Shown: positions 28,885-43,384, counted from the first letter of the stretch. The stretch: DNA of 64,000 bases from Azolla caroliniana (GCA_043228905.1 JBHGNT010000006.1:6448001-6512000), one strand, 5' to 3'. The notes: a model not told the origin generated them from the letters alone. A program made the numbers and translations.

Positions 28885-28992
28885 TTACTCGTACTTGGGG
28901 TCGGCTACAACATAATGATAGGCCACCACCAAGATAAAGATGAATATCCCCAAGAAATTTGCAAAGAAACCAAGATCCTGATCATCAATCAT
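28885..28992 (-). CDS. OST4: Oligosaccharyltransferase subunit 4 (35 aa, [35 protein letters not shown])
   Basis: Translated by hand; closely resembles plant OST4; ATG directly follows a splice acceptor (ggcag|ATG). Confidence 0.92.
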   Translation of the reverse strand: MIDDQDLGFFANFLGIFIFILVVAYHYVVADPKYE

Positions 28993-30519
28993 CTGCCAAA
29001 GAACAAAATTATTACTTGTAAGAAAATAAAAAAATGAGAGATAAATACTGGCATTGTATGTTTTATAAGAAATGATTCATGAATATGACAAGATAAGGTA
29101 CAGGCGCATGGCAAAACCAAAAGAACTTTCCAAATCACAAGCAAATCAGCAATTAGTATATGAGAAAAGCTAGCATTCAAAAGGTACAACCTCAGACAAT
29201 AACATCTAAACTTAGATAATCCTACCATAGTTTCAAAATCACAAGTGAACCATTAATCAGTTTATGAGCAAAGCTATCATTCAAAAGATACAAACTCGGC
29301 CAATAACATCTCAAAAAGATCCCTGCCTAAGAGAACCAGAGCTTGAACTTCCAAATTGAGGCTTAAATATGGAAGTAAACTCTAAAAGGAAGAGGTAAAA
29401 TGAAAAGCAAAACTGCAGGTGAAGACAACAAAAGCAGCACAACAAGAGATTAAAAAAAAAACACCAATAAATGAGTGCAAGATGTTTCTAAGAGGACTAC
29501 AAATTTAGCTTCCAAATGTACACATAAAGAGGCAAACAAACTCCTAAAAGAATAGGGAAATGAAAGGGAAAAACGAAAACAGCAGCATAGAAGAAAAGAA
29601 TACAGTAAATAAAGAGAGTAAGATTAAGAATTGGAAGATCCTTTTAAGCTCATAATGCATATCCTTCACAAAAATCCATCATCTGTAGTCATGCAATTAC
29701 TGGCCAAGACTTTCTATCACATTGCAGGTGACCAGCCATATGCACCATCTTAAGATACAGACACAAAGGCATGCTACAACAGAACACCAAGATGAACCTT
29801 ACTTTGTTATGAGATTTTCATGTCTATAAACTTGATAACACACATACACCTTCCACCTAAGATTAAAGTAAGGGTTCAAACATAAGATTAAAGGAGCAAT
29901 TCAAGTGACTCAACTAGAAAAAAAAAATGCACAGAAAAGATCCAGGCCATAAGGAGAACAAACAAGAAAGAGACTACTCAGACTATCTTCGGCATATGAG
30001 AAAGCCCACTCAAAGGAATACATGAGAAATGAAGTATTGACCATTCTGAAGGATATTTTCTGGAAGAAACTAACCAAGCTATGTCAAATAGGGCGTTGAT
30101 GATTGTGGTGGAATTACAGTGACTGATGAGAACCTGGCAGAACACTTCCATATGATAATATAAAAACCAAAATATGGAGTAAAATTTCCTTCTGGCTGTA
30201 AGACATAAATATGCAGCTTTCTTTTCAGTACCAAGAATGGTTTTTATAATAGATCTTGTTGTCTGAGATTTTCAGTTTATAAAATGGTTAACCCATCGTT
30301 TAAATCCAAACAACCAACAAAAGAGGAAAAAAAGGAAGCTGAAAACCAATAGAAAAAAAGGCAGTAAGATGGAAAATCGTCCATCTTTTGAGAGAACAAC
30401 TCACAAAAATATGCAAGATCATCATCAGCTTCATCATGGACTTAGCCTACAAAAGACAAAAGTATATGCCATATACCTATATGCAACATCAAGGATGCCG
30501 AAGATGGGTGCACATAAAA

Positions 30520-30995
30520 AAAAACAGACACACAAAGTACTGTCTACAAGTCTAAATGTAACACCATGATACAGCCTGCTACAAGGAAAGCATACATTTT
30601 CCAGATTTTAAATTGCGGATCAAAGAATCCACATCCTTTAATTATTTCAGTAAAATCCCTTAAATGAGGAAATCAGAATAGCTAACAGGTTTTCAATGTC
30701 CACACATGAATGCATACAACAACAACACCAACAGACTCTGCTGCTCTAAAAAAACAGACAGACAAAGTACTGTCTATAATTCTAAATGTAACACCATGAT
30801 ACAGCCTGCTACAAGGGAAGTATACATTTTCCAGATTTTAAATTTCGGATCAAAGAATCCACGTCCTTCAATTATTTCGGTAAAATCCCTTAAATGAGGA
30901 AATCAGAATAGCCAACAGGTTTTCAATGTCCACACATGAATGCATACAACATCAACACACACAATACACCAACACCAACAGACTCTGCTGCTCTA
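30520..30995. repeat. Tandem duplication of ~228 bp inside the OST4 intron
   Basis: aaaaaaacagaca...caacagactctgctgctcta repeated twice. Confidence 0.85.
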
Positions 30996-31245
30996 TAAAG
31001 TCGATTTTCCTTTGGATTCCGAAAGTAGAAAGATTCTTGGCTAATCTCAACAAATTAACCCAATTTAATCATGTGAGATTTGAGCATCTTCGCCCATTTA
31101 GACCTTGATTGACTACCGAAATGAATATGGCTCTAAAAACCTCCCAACCCGTCCCGCTCCCTCGAATTTCAAGCCCAAGGACCTTGATAAAGAAACATGT
31201 AAGACGCAGATCTAAAGATCACAAAGAAGAAGGCATGAGGCTCAC

Positions 31246-31320
31246 CTTGACCGCAACGCTGCCTTCCTTCTGATTTGCGCAGCTCTGTTATGTCTTATGA
31301 GCTTGAGAGACAGAGAGAAA
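31246..31320 (-). other. OST4: Probable non-coding 5' UTR exon of OST4 (intron 31245-28993)
   Basis: caag|gtgag donor on the minus strand, CT-rich leader upstream and acceptor immediately before the OST4 ATG. Confidence 0.55.
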
Positions 31321-33226
31321 GACATATAGACATATACAGAGGGCCACTTAAAAGAGCGGTTTCACACTAGACCCAGAAAATTGTTGGGCGCTTAACATGG
31401 CTTCACATTCATAAACTTACACACTATCGATACACTTCCAAAAAAAAAAAGGATCGTTGAGAAGGCGATGTGTCGGCTTTATATCTTTTACGCACCGAGG
31501 TTCAACCTCGCCATGTAACTTACTCTCGGAAATCCCAAGAGAGATCGTGATCACATGTTTGCCCACTTACCCCTAAAAGTCAGTTGAGCCTCTTCTTCAC
31601 TTGCTACAACTAATGTGTTGAAGTTGGGCATTAAACTTGCGGATCGTCAATACAGTTTCGGAAAAGGATCGTTGAGAAGGCTATGTTTCATCTTTCCATT
31701 CATGCATCAAGGTCATATTTCTGCCATGTATTTTCACCATTGAACTTGGCAAAAAGATGGCGAGTGTAGGTTTGCACATTAGGCCAAAGGAGAGCCTTTC
31801 TTTAAGTGGGACCTTCATGCTAAAGTTGGGATTTGCATTTCCTATCGATACAAGGTTGAAGAAATATTATTGAGAAGATGATGTATCATTTTTACATTTA
31901 GGCAATGAGGTTGATTATTGCAATGCCACCAAAATTTCTAACAAGATGGTGATTACACATTGGCGGCCCACTAGGTCGAAGAAGAGTCTTGCTTTACATG
32001 AGACATTGATGTTGAAATTGGGTGTGGTCCTCATCCAAACTTTGCCACCCCGAATTATAGTTACCCCAAACCCTAGCGATAAACCATATTCTTATTAATC
32101 CATCAGTTATGGAAGGAACTTATAAACATACAAGATGTAACTGCATAATAATAGGATAAGCTTAGTCAAACAAATGCCAAATTTAAATATTTTATTGATT
32201 TAACCTGTTAATGGGGAAAACGATACTAATGTTGCCAATCTTTTGAAGAGATACTAAAATATACCTGTAAAAAATAATTCCATGGCTTCCAACCACGGTA
32301 AGAGATCTAAAGTTTGAACACCACATACTCATTTGTTTGAAAGAAATATTCTATAATCATTAAAATCCCAAGAACATTGGAATTTAACACCACTTACACT
32401 CATTATTTATTTAAGCTTAAGATGTAGCTTAAGAGTACCAAGATAGTTATGATTTTGAATTGCATTATTTGTTAGCATGTGTAGAGATTTAAACAATCCT
32501 TAATACATCCTTTCCCTTTCCTCAATGATGTTGAATTATGAGGTGTAACAACTTGAGTACTTATGGGTTTGCTGTAAAGAAATTCGGATTTGTGGGGGCT
32601 GGAAGTCCTGAGGTTTCAAAAGTGAGGGATAATGGGTGACAAAAAAGGATGATTACAGTGTATTATCAACAGAAATTAAATGGGGAATCTTTGATTATGT
32701 TGCAGATAACTTGCAATTATATGGGGAATCTTCCACTTCATTGATGACATCCATATTATCTCCATTTGTTGTCTTAACATTCTCGCACTTTCTTCTACTT
32801 CCATCAACATTCTCTCCATTTATTGTTATAAGTAGACAAAAAAAGGTTGTTTGAATTCCTCTTACATCCGCCTTCCAAAGAAACAGTTTTGCAGTTTTAC
32901 AACTCCAAGGTTAAATCACTCAGAGATACAATATCATACGAAAATTTCAAATGCCCTCAAAAACATTCTAGTATCACTCATCATCTCCTCCATAGATATA
33001 GAAGTGTGTATATGATATTAGTAAGATGATACATACTATGATTCTGCAAGAGATGAGGCAATAAAATCTTTCCCCAAAAGCCAATATGGTAGAACCAAAA
33101 TCCGACTGAAGCAGCCAAAACTTTGAAGTTGCATCTGTCATAACATAAACTTAGAGAAAACAGCTTATTACATTCTCTTCCTAAACTGCATACAGTTCAG
33201 GAAAGATATACCCCACCCAATATTTT

Positions 33227-34950
33227 CTATACACGAGCCTTCTTAGAAGTACATGCCGGACATTTGTATTGTTTCATATGTTCAGCTTTAGCAGGAGTTA
33301 CCTTCACACATTTGCCATGAAACCAAACCTCACAGACATCACAGCAGATCCAAAATTCTTCGGGAGCATAGTTCCCCCTACACCTTCCGCATAATGTGTT
33401 CTCATGTTCATCTTCATCTTCAACACTCTCCTCATCTTCTTTTTCTGGAAGCGGGGCTACTCGAGAGGGCTTCTCGTTAATTATTTGCTGAAAATTAATG
33501 AACTTGGTATGTGTGAGAGAGAGACAACATACAATGACTATGCACACAAAATTTGTTTTCACGCATGTGAGACATCATGCAATGGCAATGATAAAAGATA
33601 AGGCATACTAATTACATGTGAGAAGCATTACCTGTTTTGTTCTATATGTGTTGCTGGCATTTGGCTTCTCTTTGCTTCTCGTTACAACATCATACAAAGT
33701 GGGAATGTCAATGATTTGATTAAAGAGTATCCCCCTATGAGCCAACATGACCAACCAAACATTACAAGTCTAGACATGGAAGCAATCCATAATATAAGGG
33801 TCATCTGGCATAGATCATATACCCTACAACACAATAGTTGAGAAGAGTGTCATTGCACAAATAACTACATTGAGAATGGTCATGTGTTGATCATATAAGG
33901 GTCATCCTCCATCTTTCCTTGAGCTATCAATCGTCAAAGGTTCATGCTAAGCACCCTTTGTCTATGGTATGGGAGAATGAGCATCTAGCTCATAGAGGTG
34001 GGAGTGTAATGCTCTCGCCTTGATGTGTTGTGATAACCGCATTGTGTTCCTCCAAGATTCAAAATTAGAAGAGCAATTAAAATTTACAGGAAACTCTGTT
34101 TTTTCTTAAACATAAGTTTGGATAGCAGTTTTTCTTAAACATAAGTTTGTAAAAATCCTGTCTCAAATTATGGATGTAACATTCCTCCTCCCAACATCTC
34201 AAGACAATGACAAGAAACCTTTCAAGACTTACCTATCAGTCTTGTTGAAATAGGCAGCAAAGAAAGTGGCAATAGCTAAAAGCCATGAGTCGCTATGTGC
34301 GGCAACAATGGAGAGCCAATCTCGATGCTTCATGACATCTCTCGAGAAATTGATCCCAAGAACGGGTTCAGGAAGCTGTGACGGAACCTCGTCGACAGGG
34401 AGCTTTACCTCCCATGACTCATCAGGATATCCATACAGGCAAAGATTTTGACGAGCTGAAGGAATCACAACAAAAAAAAATTGCCTTTGAGAACATGTAA
34501 GAGAAAACCCTAAAATATGTAAGACTACATAAAAAAGAAATCCTAAAACAACCAGTGAACAAAAAGCGCAAATTAGACTAGAAAGTATCAATAAGAATAT
34601 CCAAGACAGCATAAAACTAGAGCACTAGAACAATTACGTGACACAAAAAAGGGAACGGCATTTAGAATATCATGAGTACTCGCACATAAAGAGAAACCCT
34701 AAAACAATCCATGGAGAGAGGGAAACCAGACCGACCTGGGTCGCATTCAAACACAAAACGGTCGCTCTCTGCAAGAGAAACAAGCAAGGAAGAAAGAATT
34801 AGAAGTAGGCTAGTCCCGTGCTGGCAGAGAGGGAGATGGAGAGGTAGAGAGAATATTACCTGTGGTTAGGGCTTTGAGGAGAGCAGCTCGACGTCCGTGG
34901 AAATCTCTGAGGACGGCTTCAAGAGTGCGAGGGATGGCTCCCCTGTCCAT
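33227..34950 (-). CDS. AL: Alfin-like PHD finger protein; exons 34950-34860, 34768-34736, 34455-34233, 33734-33632, ~33487-33227
   Basis: [41 protein letters not shown]...[12 protein letters not shown]...[13 protein letters not shown]; PHD CGRC...[17 protein letters not shown]...YKCPAC. Confidence 0.93.
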
Positions 34951-35020
34951 GTCTTCTTCTTCTTCTTCTTCGTCTTCTTCTTCGCCCAAGTAGCTTTGAT
35001 GGAGCTTCTAAAACCCATGC

Positions 35021-35051
<31 letters not shown>

Positions 35052-35440
35052 TGTATGTATGTATGTATGTATGTATGTATGTATGTCGAGTTCATGCATC
35101 TCTCTCGATGTCTTTAGGAAACGGGGTTTATGTATGTCTTTGGTTTTCTCTAGGAAATGGGGTTTATGTGTGTCTTTGGTTTTCTTTAGGACATGGAGTT
35201 TATGTATGTTGTATGTATGTATGTCTCTTGGTTTTTTTTAGGACATGGAGTTTATGTATGTATGTATGTATGTATGTATGTCTCTTGGTTTTCTTTAGGA
35301 CATGGAGTTTATGTATGTATGTATGTATGTATGTATGTATGTATGTCTCTTGGTTTTCTTTAGGACATGGAGTTTATGTATGTCTGTTTCTTGGTTTTCT
35401 TTAGGAACTAGGGTTTATTTGGTAATGGGGTGTATGTATG
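35021..35440. repeat. (ATGT)n microsatellite embedded in a minisatellite (tctcttggttttctttaggacatggagttt unit) upstream of AL
   Basis: Directly visible; a further unit lies at 41710-41740 beyond the LINE. Confidence 0.9.
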
Positions 35441-35606
35441 TCTCTCGGTTTTCTTTTTTTTCTTTTTTTCTTTTTTCTGGGAAAAATATCCTTTCATTAG
35501 TTATGAACAACATTACAAAAAAATTGACCTACCATCAAGCTACCATTGATCTGGTGCATTCTTCCTTAGGTCCCATCCCTCAACACTCCACCACTCCTTA
35601 ACCAAG

Positions 35607-38600
35607 TTATGTGATTGGTGGTGGGAACAACCATACTGGTGGCACTAAGCACCATTTAGGTCTTGAATTTTGTATTGTGAGAAAAGGGGTCTTCTTCCAA
35701 TAGACAATAAATTCGAGACGTTGCAACACTGCAACATCTGTCTCACCTTTAATATCCTCATACTGTCCTTTCAAGGTATGTACCATCTCCATCCAGACAT
35801 TCCGTGTACTTTCCACTGGATGAATAGTAGTATTACCAAACACCTTAGAACACCTAGCAGTCCAAATAAACCACATTGTGGTGGTGCATAGTAGCTCCCA
35901 TACCTCTTGCATTGTCTTTAACATGTAAGGAGCCTCCATTTGACTTTGTTGCACCGCCATTATCCTTCCTCTTTGAATTCTAATAATCGTGTCATTTGGG
36001 CATGCATCATATGGCCACACCACTTGTGCCACTGTGGCCCATACTACCATACCCCACGAAAAACTGCAATCCCTAAACATAAAGGCAAGAACTCGGAACA
36101 CTCGCCTCCAAACTTGTTGTGCAGCATGACATTCCCACAAGCAATGTTTCAATGTCTCCATCTGACAACAACAATAGATGCATGCGGTCGGTGCAGCTGA
36201 TTGTTGCAACCATTGGCCAATTGGCAATGCTCTATGTATTACTAACCATTGGAAGACATTTATTTTCATATCTTGCTTCCTTTTCCATAATGTTCCCCAA
36301 AACTTTGTTAGGAATTCCGATGTGATCCCTTGGTGGTTCCAAAATTGACTAGCTCGTGGTGTAGTCCTACGTTGAGCTGCCAAAATGTGTCGTCCCATCT
36401 TAACTGAATACTGAAAAAAACCATACCTTTTTTCCATACGATCAAACGGATCTTTCCACCAAAATTCTCCCGGATCCCATTGCAACCTTATCAAAGGTTT
36501 CTTTTCAAAAACTGTCAGTTTCCAATGCTCCTTGACCGCCTCAACTTGTGGGTCGATGAGCCACTTAGATCCGTCATAAGCAAGGACCCTTATTTTAGAA
36601 AATGTAGCATATTGCAAGATCTCTGTTTGTATCGTTGCACTACTTATACTGCCATCTTCCTCCACCTCATAGTCTTGACATCGTCCGCAAGACAAATGTC
36701 CCCTTACCCCCACTAGCACTTGAAGCCTCGTAAATGCTCCTTCCCACTTGGGAGGGTTAAAGGACCATATCGTAACGTCATAGTGCCCCAAAACTGACTG
36801 CACTTGGTCCCACATAATCAGCCCCCCTCTCAAGGAAGACAAGAATTCTGATCTGTCATTTATATTCAGAGTATGAAATGATTTCCATGCATCAACGGAC
36901 GCTCCAGGCCCTACATCGAGCTTGGCCCAATCCAATCGCGTTCGGGACCCCAACATGTGCCCTGATGGCAAACGCATATTCGGATTCCACACTAAGTTTT
37001 GTCTCAAGTATTCCTCCTCACATGTTGGTACACCATGTTCCAACCCTTTATGTACATGCTCCCATGCTCGTAGAAGACCATTAAAAAATTTGTCTTCCCA
37101 ATTCCTAGACATAACATGTTTCTTGTCTGGTATAAAAATCCACCTTATGCTATCAGCCCATAATCCACCCATCGACGGAGCACAACTATACAATCTTTGC
37201 ATAAGTAATTGCTTCCAAGGAGCATGTCCTAGTAAAAGGCCACGAATTATTAGTTTTGCTAACAAGGCCATGCATTGGTCTAATGGATCTATAATCCCCA
37301 AACCACCGTATTGTTTTGGGGTTATCAATGTACTCCAAGCCACCTTCGCTCTTACATGACTCTTATCTTCCCCAGCCCATATAAAATTCCTAACCAGCCT
37401 TCGAATTTGTCCAATGCACGATTTTGAAAAGATCCAAGATGAGGCTATATACCACACCGTAGATAGTAGCACATGGTTGGCAACTATCACTCTACCGGCC
37501 AAAGATAGTTTAGCATGACTCCACAAGAATAATTTTTTCCTCAAAGTTAATAGTAATGGTGCAGCATGTAATTCTGGAACCAAATCAATCCCAACCTGCA
37601 CTCCAAGATATCGAACCGCAACTCCTCTTTGAGTCCATTGGAAAGTATGATGCGGTGCCCAACAAGGCGGCGGCTCCTTGCTTACCCAAAATGCAACAGT
37701 TTTCTCCCAATTTAACTTAGCTCCAGACGCTATACAAAACTGTGACAAAGCCCCTTGTACTTGTTGCAAATTCGTTAGAGTCACATCCACATATAATGCA
37801 GTGTCATCTGCAAATTCCGAGTCCAATATATCTTGTCCATGCATTGGCATTGCCAAACCACGCAAGCCTATAGATTGTGATGATATAAATGCATGCATTG
37901 CTTCCGCAAACAGAAGGAACAAAAATGGTGCAAGTGGACATCCTTGGCGAACTGATCGAGTAATGTTAAAACGAGGTCCTACTCCACCTGCCAACAACAC
38001 CTGACTGTGTGCATTTCTATAAAGACAAGAAACACCTTTAATCCATGCCGTGTTGAAGCCCAAGTGATGCATAGTACCTTCCAAAAAATTCCAGTCAACC
38101 CTATCATACGCTTTCTCAAAATCTAAAAGCAACACGGCTAGATTTTGTTTGTTTTTTACCGCTACTGCAGTAGCCTCCCAAAATGTAAAAACATTATCCA
38201 TAATACTCCTTTCCCTCATAAAACCAGTTTGCGATACAATGAATTATCTTTGGTAATACCTCTTGTAACCGAGAACTAAGCAACTTTGCAAATAGCTTAT
38301 AACTAGTATTCAAGAGGGTGATTGGCCTCCACTTACGAATATCTTCTGAAACTCCTTCTGTTTTAGGTATAAGATAAATAAGCCCCTCAGATAACGACAT
38401 GGGCATCTCTCCACTTTCAAACATATGTTGGTAAGCATCTTTTAAGTCTTTCTTCAGTATCCCCCAATATTTCTTGTAGAATTTAGGTGTAAGTCCATCC
38501 ACTCCAGGACAACTATTGTCCGATAAAGAGTGTAGCGCTTGTTCCAACTCCAATTCTGTAATAGGTGACAACAATGAATCTTGCATTGCTTGAGTATCCT

Positions 38601-39957
38601 TGGGTTGAATTTCCGCCCAGACCTTCATTCTATTTTGGCTTATCTCCTCAGAGATAGGCTCTTCTGACAAAAGGGTAGCGTAGAATTTCGTGGCAATTAC
38701 CCGCACAACATTTGGATCCATTTCAAGTTCGCCATTTTCATTCCGCAAACAACAGGTTACATTAGAGACTCTTTTGGGGCCTTTAATATTAAAAAATTGT
38801 TTTGTACATCTATCCCCAATTTGCGTCCATCTTGAAGCAGAATTGTGATACCTAAATTGACTACGACATTCTTCCATATGTTGAACTTGTTTTCGGGCTT
38901 CTTCAAGATGTGAAGCTATCCACGCACACTCTGGTCGACCCTGTTGCAATCTTTGCAAAGATATCAATCTTGCCCTCATCCTTCTTTCCTTCTCCAGATA
39001 TTCCATATATTCAGATCTTGATTTTAACGCAAAATATTGTGATATCTCCGTCAAAGCACAAGCCACTTTGATTGTAATGGGAGCATCCATATTATCTTTG
39101 TTCTGCCAAATATCTGTCACTTGATTATACCATCTATCATGTAACATTACTTTTTCGGGTATCCTAAATCGTATGGACTCCCTTTTCGATTGCCCAAAGG
39201 TTCTCAATATAACAGGAGCATGATCAGAGAAAGTTGTGCCTGGCATAATAGTGATATTTCCCCCATTTAAGACAAAGGCCTCCCCCACATAAAATCTATC
39301 CAATCTTGAAAGATTGGTTCCAACTATTCTCCTATCCGAACGTGAGAAACTCAAGGAATTCTGAGATCTATAAACATTAGGCATATGCCATGCATCCAAA
39401 ATACTCAATTTCAAACACATTCGTTCCCATACTGCTAATTCCTCCCCATGAATTGTTGAAACACTCCCACCTTTCCTATCCTCTGGGTCCTCAAGCATAT
39501 TAAAATCCCCTGCAACACACCAATGAGACACATTTGGTAATGCATTTGTAATTTCACACCAAAAGTGTTTCCTAGCCGATGCATGATTTGGCGCGTAGAT
39601 ATTCAAGTAACCCCAAGTTGTATGTAAATCTTGTAATACAATATATTGTGCTCTTCCTGGCACAATGATCTCTTTGCATATAATACTTGATTTCCAATGA
39701 TGTGCAATTGCCATACACACCCCGCCTTGTGTACCACTAGTGCCAATAGCCGGGGACCAAAACATCTCCCAACTACCAGGTAATATAGTGCCATAGTTCC
39801 TTATTCTTTGCTCATTCAAATGATGTTCTTGAAACATCATAATGTCCAACGATCCATTCGTGAGACACTTTTGTAATTCCTGCCTTAACCTACCTCTATA
39901 TCTTCGGTATAAGGGACCTCCCAAGCCCTGAACATTCCATGTGAGGAGCCTCATCAA
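35607..39957 (-). pseudogene. LINE ORF2 (APE endonuclease, RT, zf-RVT), single frameshift near 38230
   Basis: LTWNVQG, NIYAPN, GDFN, RLDRFY, SDHAPV, WRPITLLN, LDFEKAYDRV, VRQGCPLAP, FADDT. Confidence 0.92.
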
Positions 39958-41695
39958 CAATTGTTAGAGGCCGAACCGGACCCGATCCTACGAGTCTTAG
40001 AGGATGGTTCCACGGAGCTTACGCCACCCCCATCTCCCATAATCACCATTTGGCTTTTGAGTATGTCACAACCTTCTTTAATGAATCTCCAATGATGATG
40101 GGCCCGAGCCTTGGCTTGGCTTTCCGGCACATCATCTTCATGAATATAAACATATCCAAAATCAAACAATATATCGGAAGGTACATCCAATACAACATGC
40201 TTGCGGTTCATTGCATCCAAATACGGAACCACTAAACAACTTGCATTCTCTAACCCCCTCAATATTGTTTCCCCCAATTGAGGATTTTGCACGTATTTGG
40301 CAAAATACAAAACTTGTCCTCTCATGGCCAACATAACATTCGGTTGATTCCATATGTCATTTCTCTCATAACCACATAATGGAAAGGAATAACCGACCAA
40401 TGAGTTTTCCACTTGTTTTTGTCTAAATAAAACATGGACCCTTATTGCATTGGGTTCATGAACATCTTTAACACCCAAATGTTTTGTGAACTCATGCCCA
40501 AAGGGGGCTGCATAATCAAGTATGGAAAAGCCACCATTTCCGGTATCCTCCTTCAACATCCCACATGTTCTTATTGTGATCGCATTATCCAATTTTTGTG
40601 ATTGTATTGTTCTTTTTGAACGAAATGTTTTTGCCTTGACACATCCATCATTTGGTTGGATGGTACTAACAATTTTCCCCCTTATCTCAGTAGTGGATGT
40701 TGGTTGTTCTTGTGTATCAATTTCTATGTCCAATGCATTATACGCATTAGGGGTGAGACACGTCTCTTGCATAGGCACCGTACGTGTCTTGCATCCATGC
40801 TTAGCCTTTACATTTATCCATTGAGTGTCTCTTGTTTCCCCTTGTGCCCGTACACCCATACAATCTGAGGCTAGTTTCTCTTGACATTTATCTGCCTCAT
40901 GCCCTTCTTGTTTACAATATTCGCAACAACGTTTTTTTTCCCCAAATTTAATATTTCTCCTTGGGCAATTCTTGGCTAAATGTCCCATTTGCCGACAATA
41001 GAAGCATTGTCCAGGGAGCCCGGCAAACTCCACCTTTTGTTCTATAAAATCCCCTTCTTCATTTGGTAGCCTTACCTTTGTCGGTAAGTTTTCGAGTGAT
41101 TCTACCAAGATTCGGGCTGACGGAAATCCTGACATTTTACTTAATCGCATAGCCATACTTTCTTGGACCCTCACTACAGTTCCGATCCTTGAAGCTATTG
41201 CTTCAAGCATCGGTAAATACTCCTTACGTAATCCCGGGAAGACAATCGTTAACGGAAATATCCGATCTCCTTTCCGTATTGCCTCCACCGGATTAAAACC
41301 TTGTTTCCAAGGCATCACAAATGCACGGGCACCTCTTACATCAAGAGGACTATGCTCCAACATTATTCCCACTGATTCGATTGTATCCAATTCCACATGA
41401 TAAAATCCTCGTCCCATGAATTGGACATCTATTATTCTACCAATTAATCCATGCATAGATGCTTGTAATCTTTACACTCACCTCTATTCGGCCGAGCTCC
41501 CACCACTCTGCAGATCACCGAGAGTTGAGTTAGGCGCTGAATCTCTGATTTGAATTCAGCCTCTTCTTCTGTCGAGAATACGATCGGTAGAGGCCGCTCC
41601 TCAGATTCAGTTGTCGGGGCTGCTTCTTTAGAGTTCCCCTGTTGTGTCGTTGAGGTGGCTCTCTGCTGCGTTCTCTCTCTTCCCTGTTCCTCCAT
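39954..41695 (-). pseudogene. LINE ORF1 (DUF4283-like region plus CCHC knuckles), frameshift near 41465
   Basis: VQFMGRGFYHV, CFYCRQMGHLAKNC, CEYCKQEGHEADKC. Confidence 0.85.
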
Positions 41696-43384
41696 CTCGT
41701 TTTTCCGGCCTCTCGGTTTTCTTTAGGACATGGAGTTTATTTAGTAGCACCACCACCACCTTCCTTCCTCCACTCCATTCCATTCCCATTGTAAGCTTTG
41801 CATGCCCCTATTCCATTAAGTTGCATAGTTTTCCTCCACACATTGCACCCACACACACATCGCCTGCCGTCACCATTTGATCTTTGCATATTATTAGCTT
41901 CTTTGTTATTCTCACGATTGCCTATTCCATTGAGAGCACACTCGCTCTGTTGATTTGTCGCATCGAATATTGTATGGTTACATTGATGTGACCATGAGTA
42001 TTTTGTATTTGTTTCTCGAGTGTTGATTGCACACTTGATCAATTATAACTCTTTCATGTTGATAATTTTGCTCTTCATTCCATGCTTTGCATGAGAATAC
42101 ATGTCATTGAAGTAAACCTCTACGGTTGAAAGTACTCCATTGAACAATCGATCACATCAGTGATAGACCAATCAATAAATCCACTAGAATGGTTATGTTT
42201 TGTAAAATTAATGGAGTACAACTTCCCCTTTTTTCTTAAACGAACATTTGTGATCATCACTTTATGAATTGTCTACACGAACTTTTCCAAAGAGGCATAC
42301 TCCTAATGTGATCGATATTCCATTCCCTACAATTATGTCCACACTGACTAAGCAACATCGACATCAATTTGTATTTATCCACGATGGCATGGGAAAGGGA
42401 ATGTTCATTTATAATTGCATTGGGTTTGTGAAACATAGACATGAGATTTTTCCAATGGCATGCATTTAACATGATGCAATATTCCTTTGATATTGTCATC
42501 TATATATCATACTCAACGTGAAAAGGAGGATTCGCTTGGGTGAACTTGCATATATCATCGACCTTAAATGTCAAAATAAAGACAACAATAACACGCAAAC
42601 AAGCGGGACATTGGCAATACAAAGGGAGAAAGTACCAAATACAACGAAATTTGAGAAAATCGCCGTCTTTGGATCGTTCAATCGATGTAGCAACCAATGA
42701 GGACTATGCTAGCCTCCACATGTACACGTGTAACAGAGGCATACGAGTTCAATACATTGGTCGATATGATGTGTGAAATTGAGGGATAAGCAAAGGGCAT
42801 GGGAGACGTGACGATATATTATTGGATAGTCGGAGAGCAAGGCCATCATCATCTAAGTAAGTTACAATGGCAACAAATGAAACCCTAAAACTTGGTAACA
42901 CCCCTAATGTTTAGCAACACTTGGCGGATAGACATAAGATGATGACGGTGCACCAAGACAAGAGAGAGTGATCCTCGACAAATGAGTTCAAACTACGATT
43001 AATCCGTACCAATCTACCGTTTAAACTTCTTCACAAAAAAGTAAATCGATGCCAAGTACGCTCGATCAATGAATTGCGAAGAAGTGAACTATCAACCGCC
43101 GCCCGATAGAGACATCTTTCGGGTGTGCTCCATGGACAAGGGCTCTAATACTAGAAAATGTTATTATGTCCTTACAAACCAACTTCCCAAGAAGAAGAAG
43201 AAGAAGAAGAAGAAACTGTGGCCACAAACCATGAAAGGCTGTGGTTGGAGATCACCTCAGTAGAGCTTTGTATATATAGAGTAACACTAAATCCAAATCC
43301 CTTTCTACTGGAGCTGCTCTGCCCCCTCCCCAAATCAGAAGAAAGAAAACTGATCGGCACCTCCAGTGAGGAAGAGAGAGGATC

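Larger units (their letters stand above)
35457..41709 (-). mobile_element. L1/Tx1-type LINE, near full length
   Basis: 15-bp TSD ctctcggttttcttt (35442-35456, 41710-41724); A-rich tail at 35457-35478; ORF1 and ORF2. Confidence 0.93.

Noticed and set aside
34866-35601. MYVCMYVC / HTYIHTYI ORFs
   Set aside because: Translations of the (ATGT)n microsatellite
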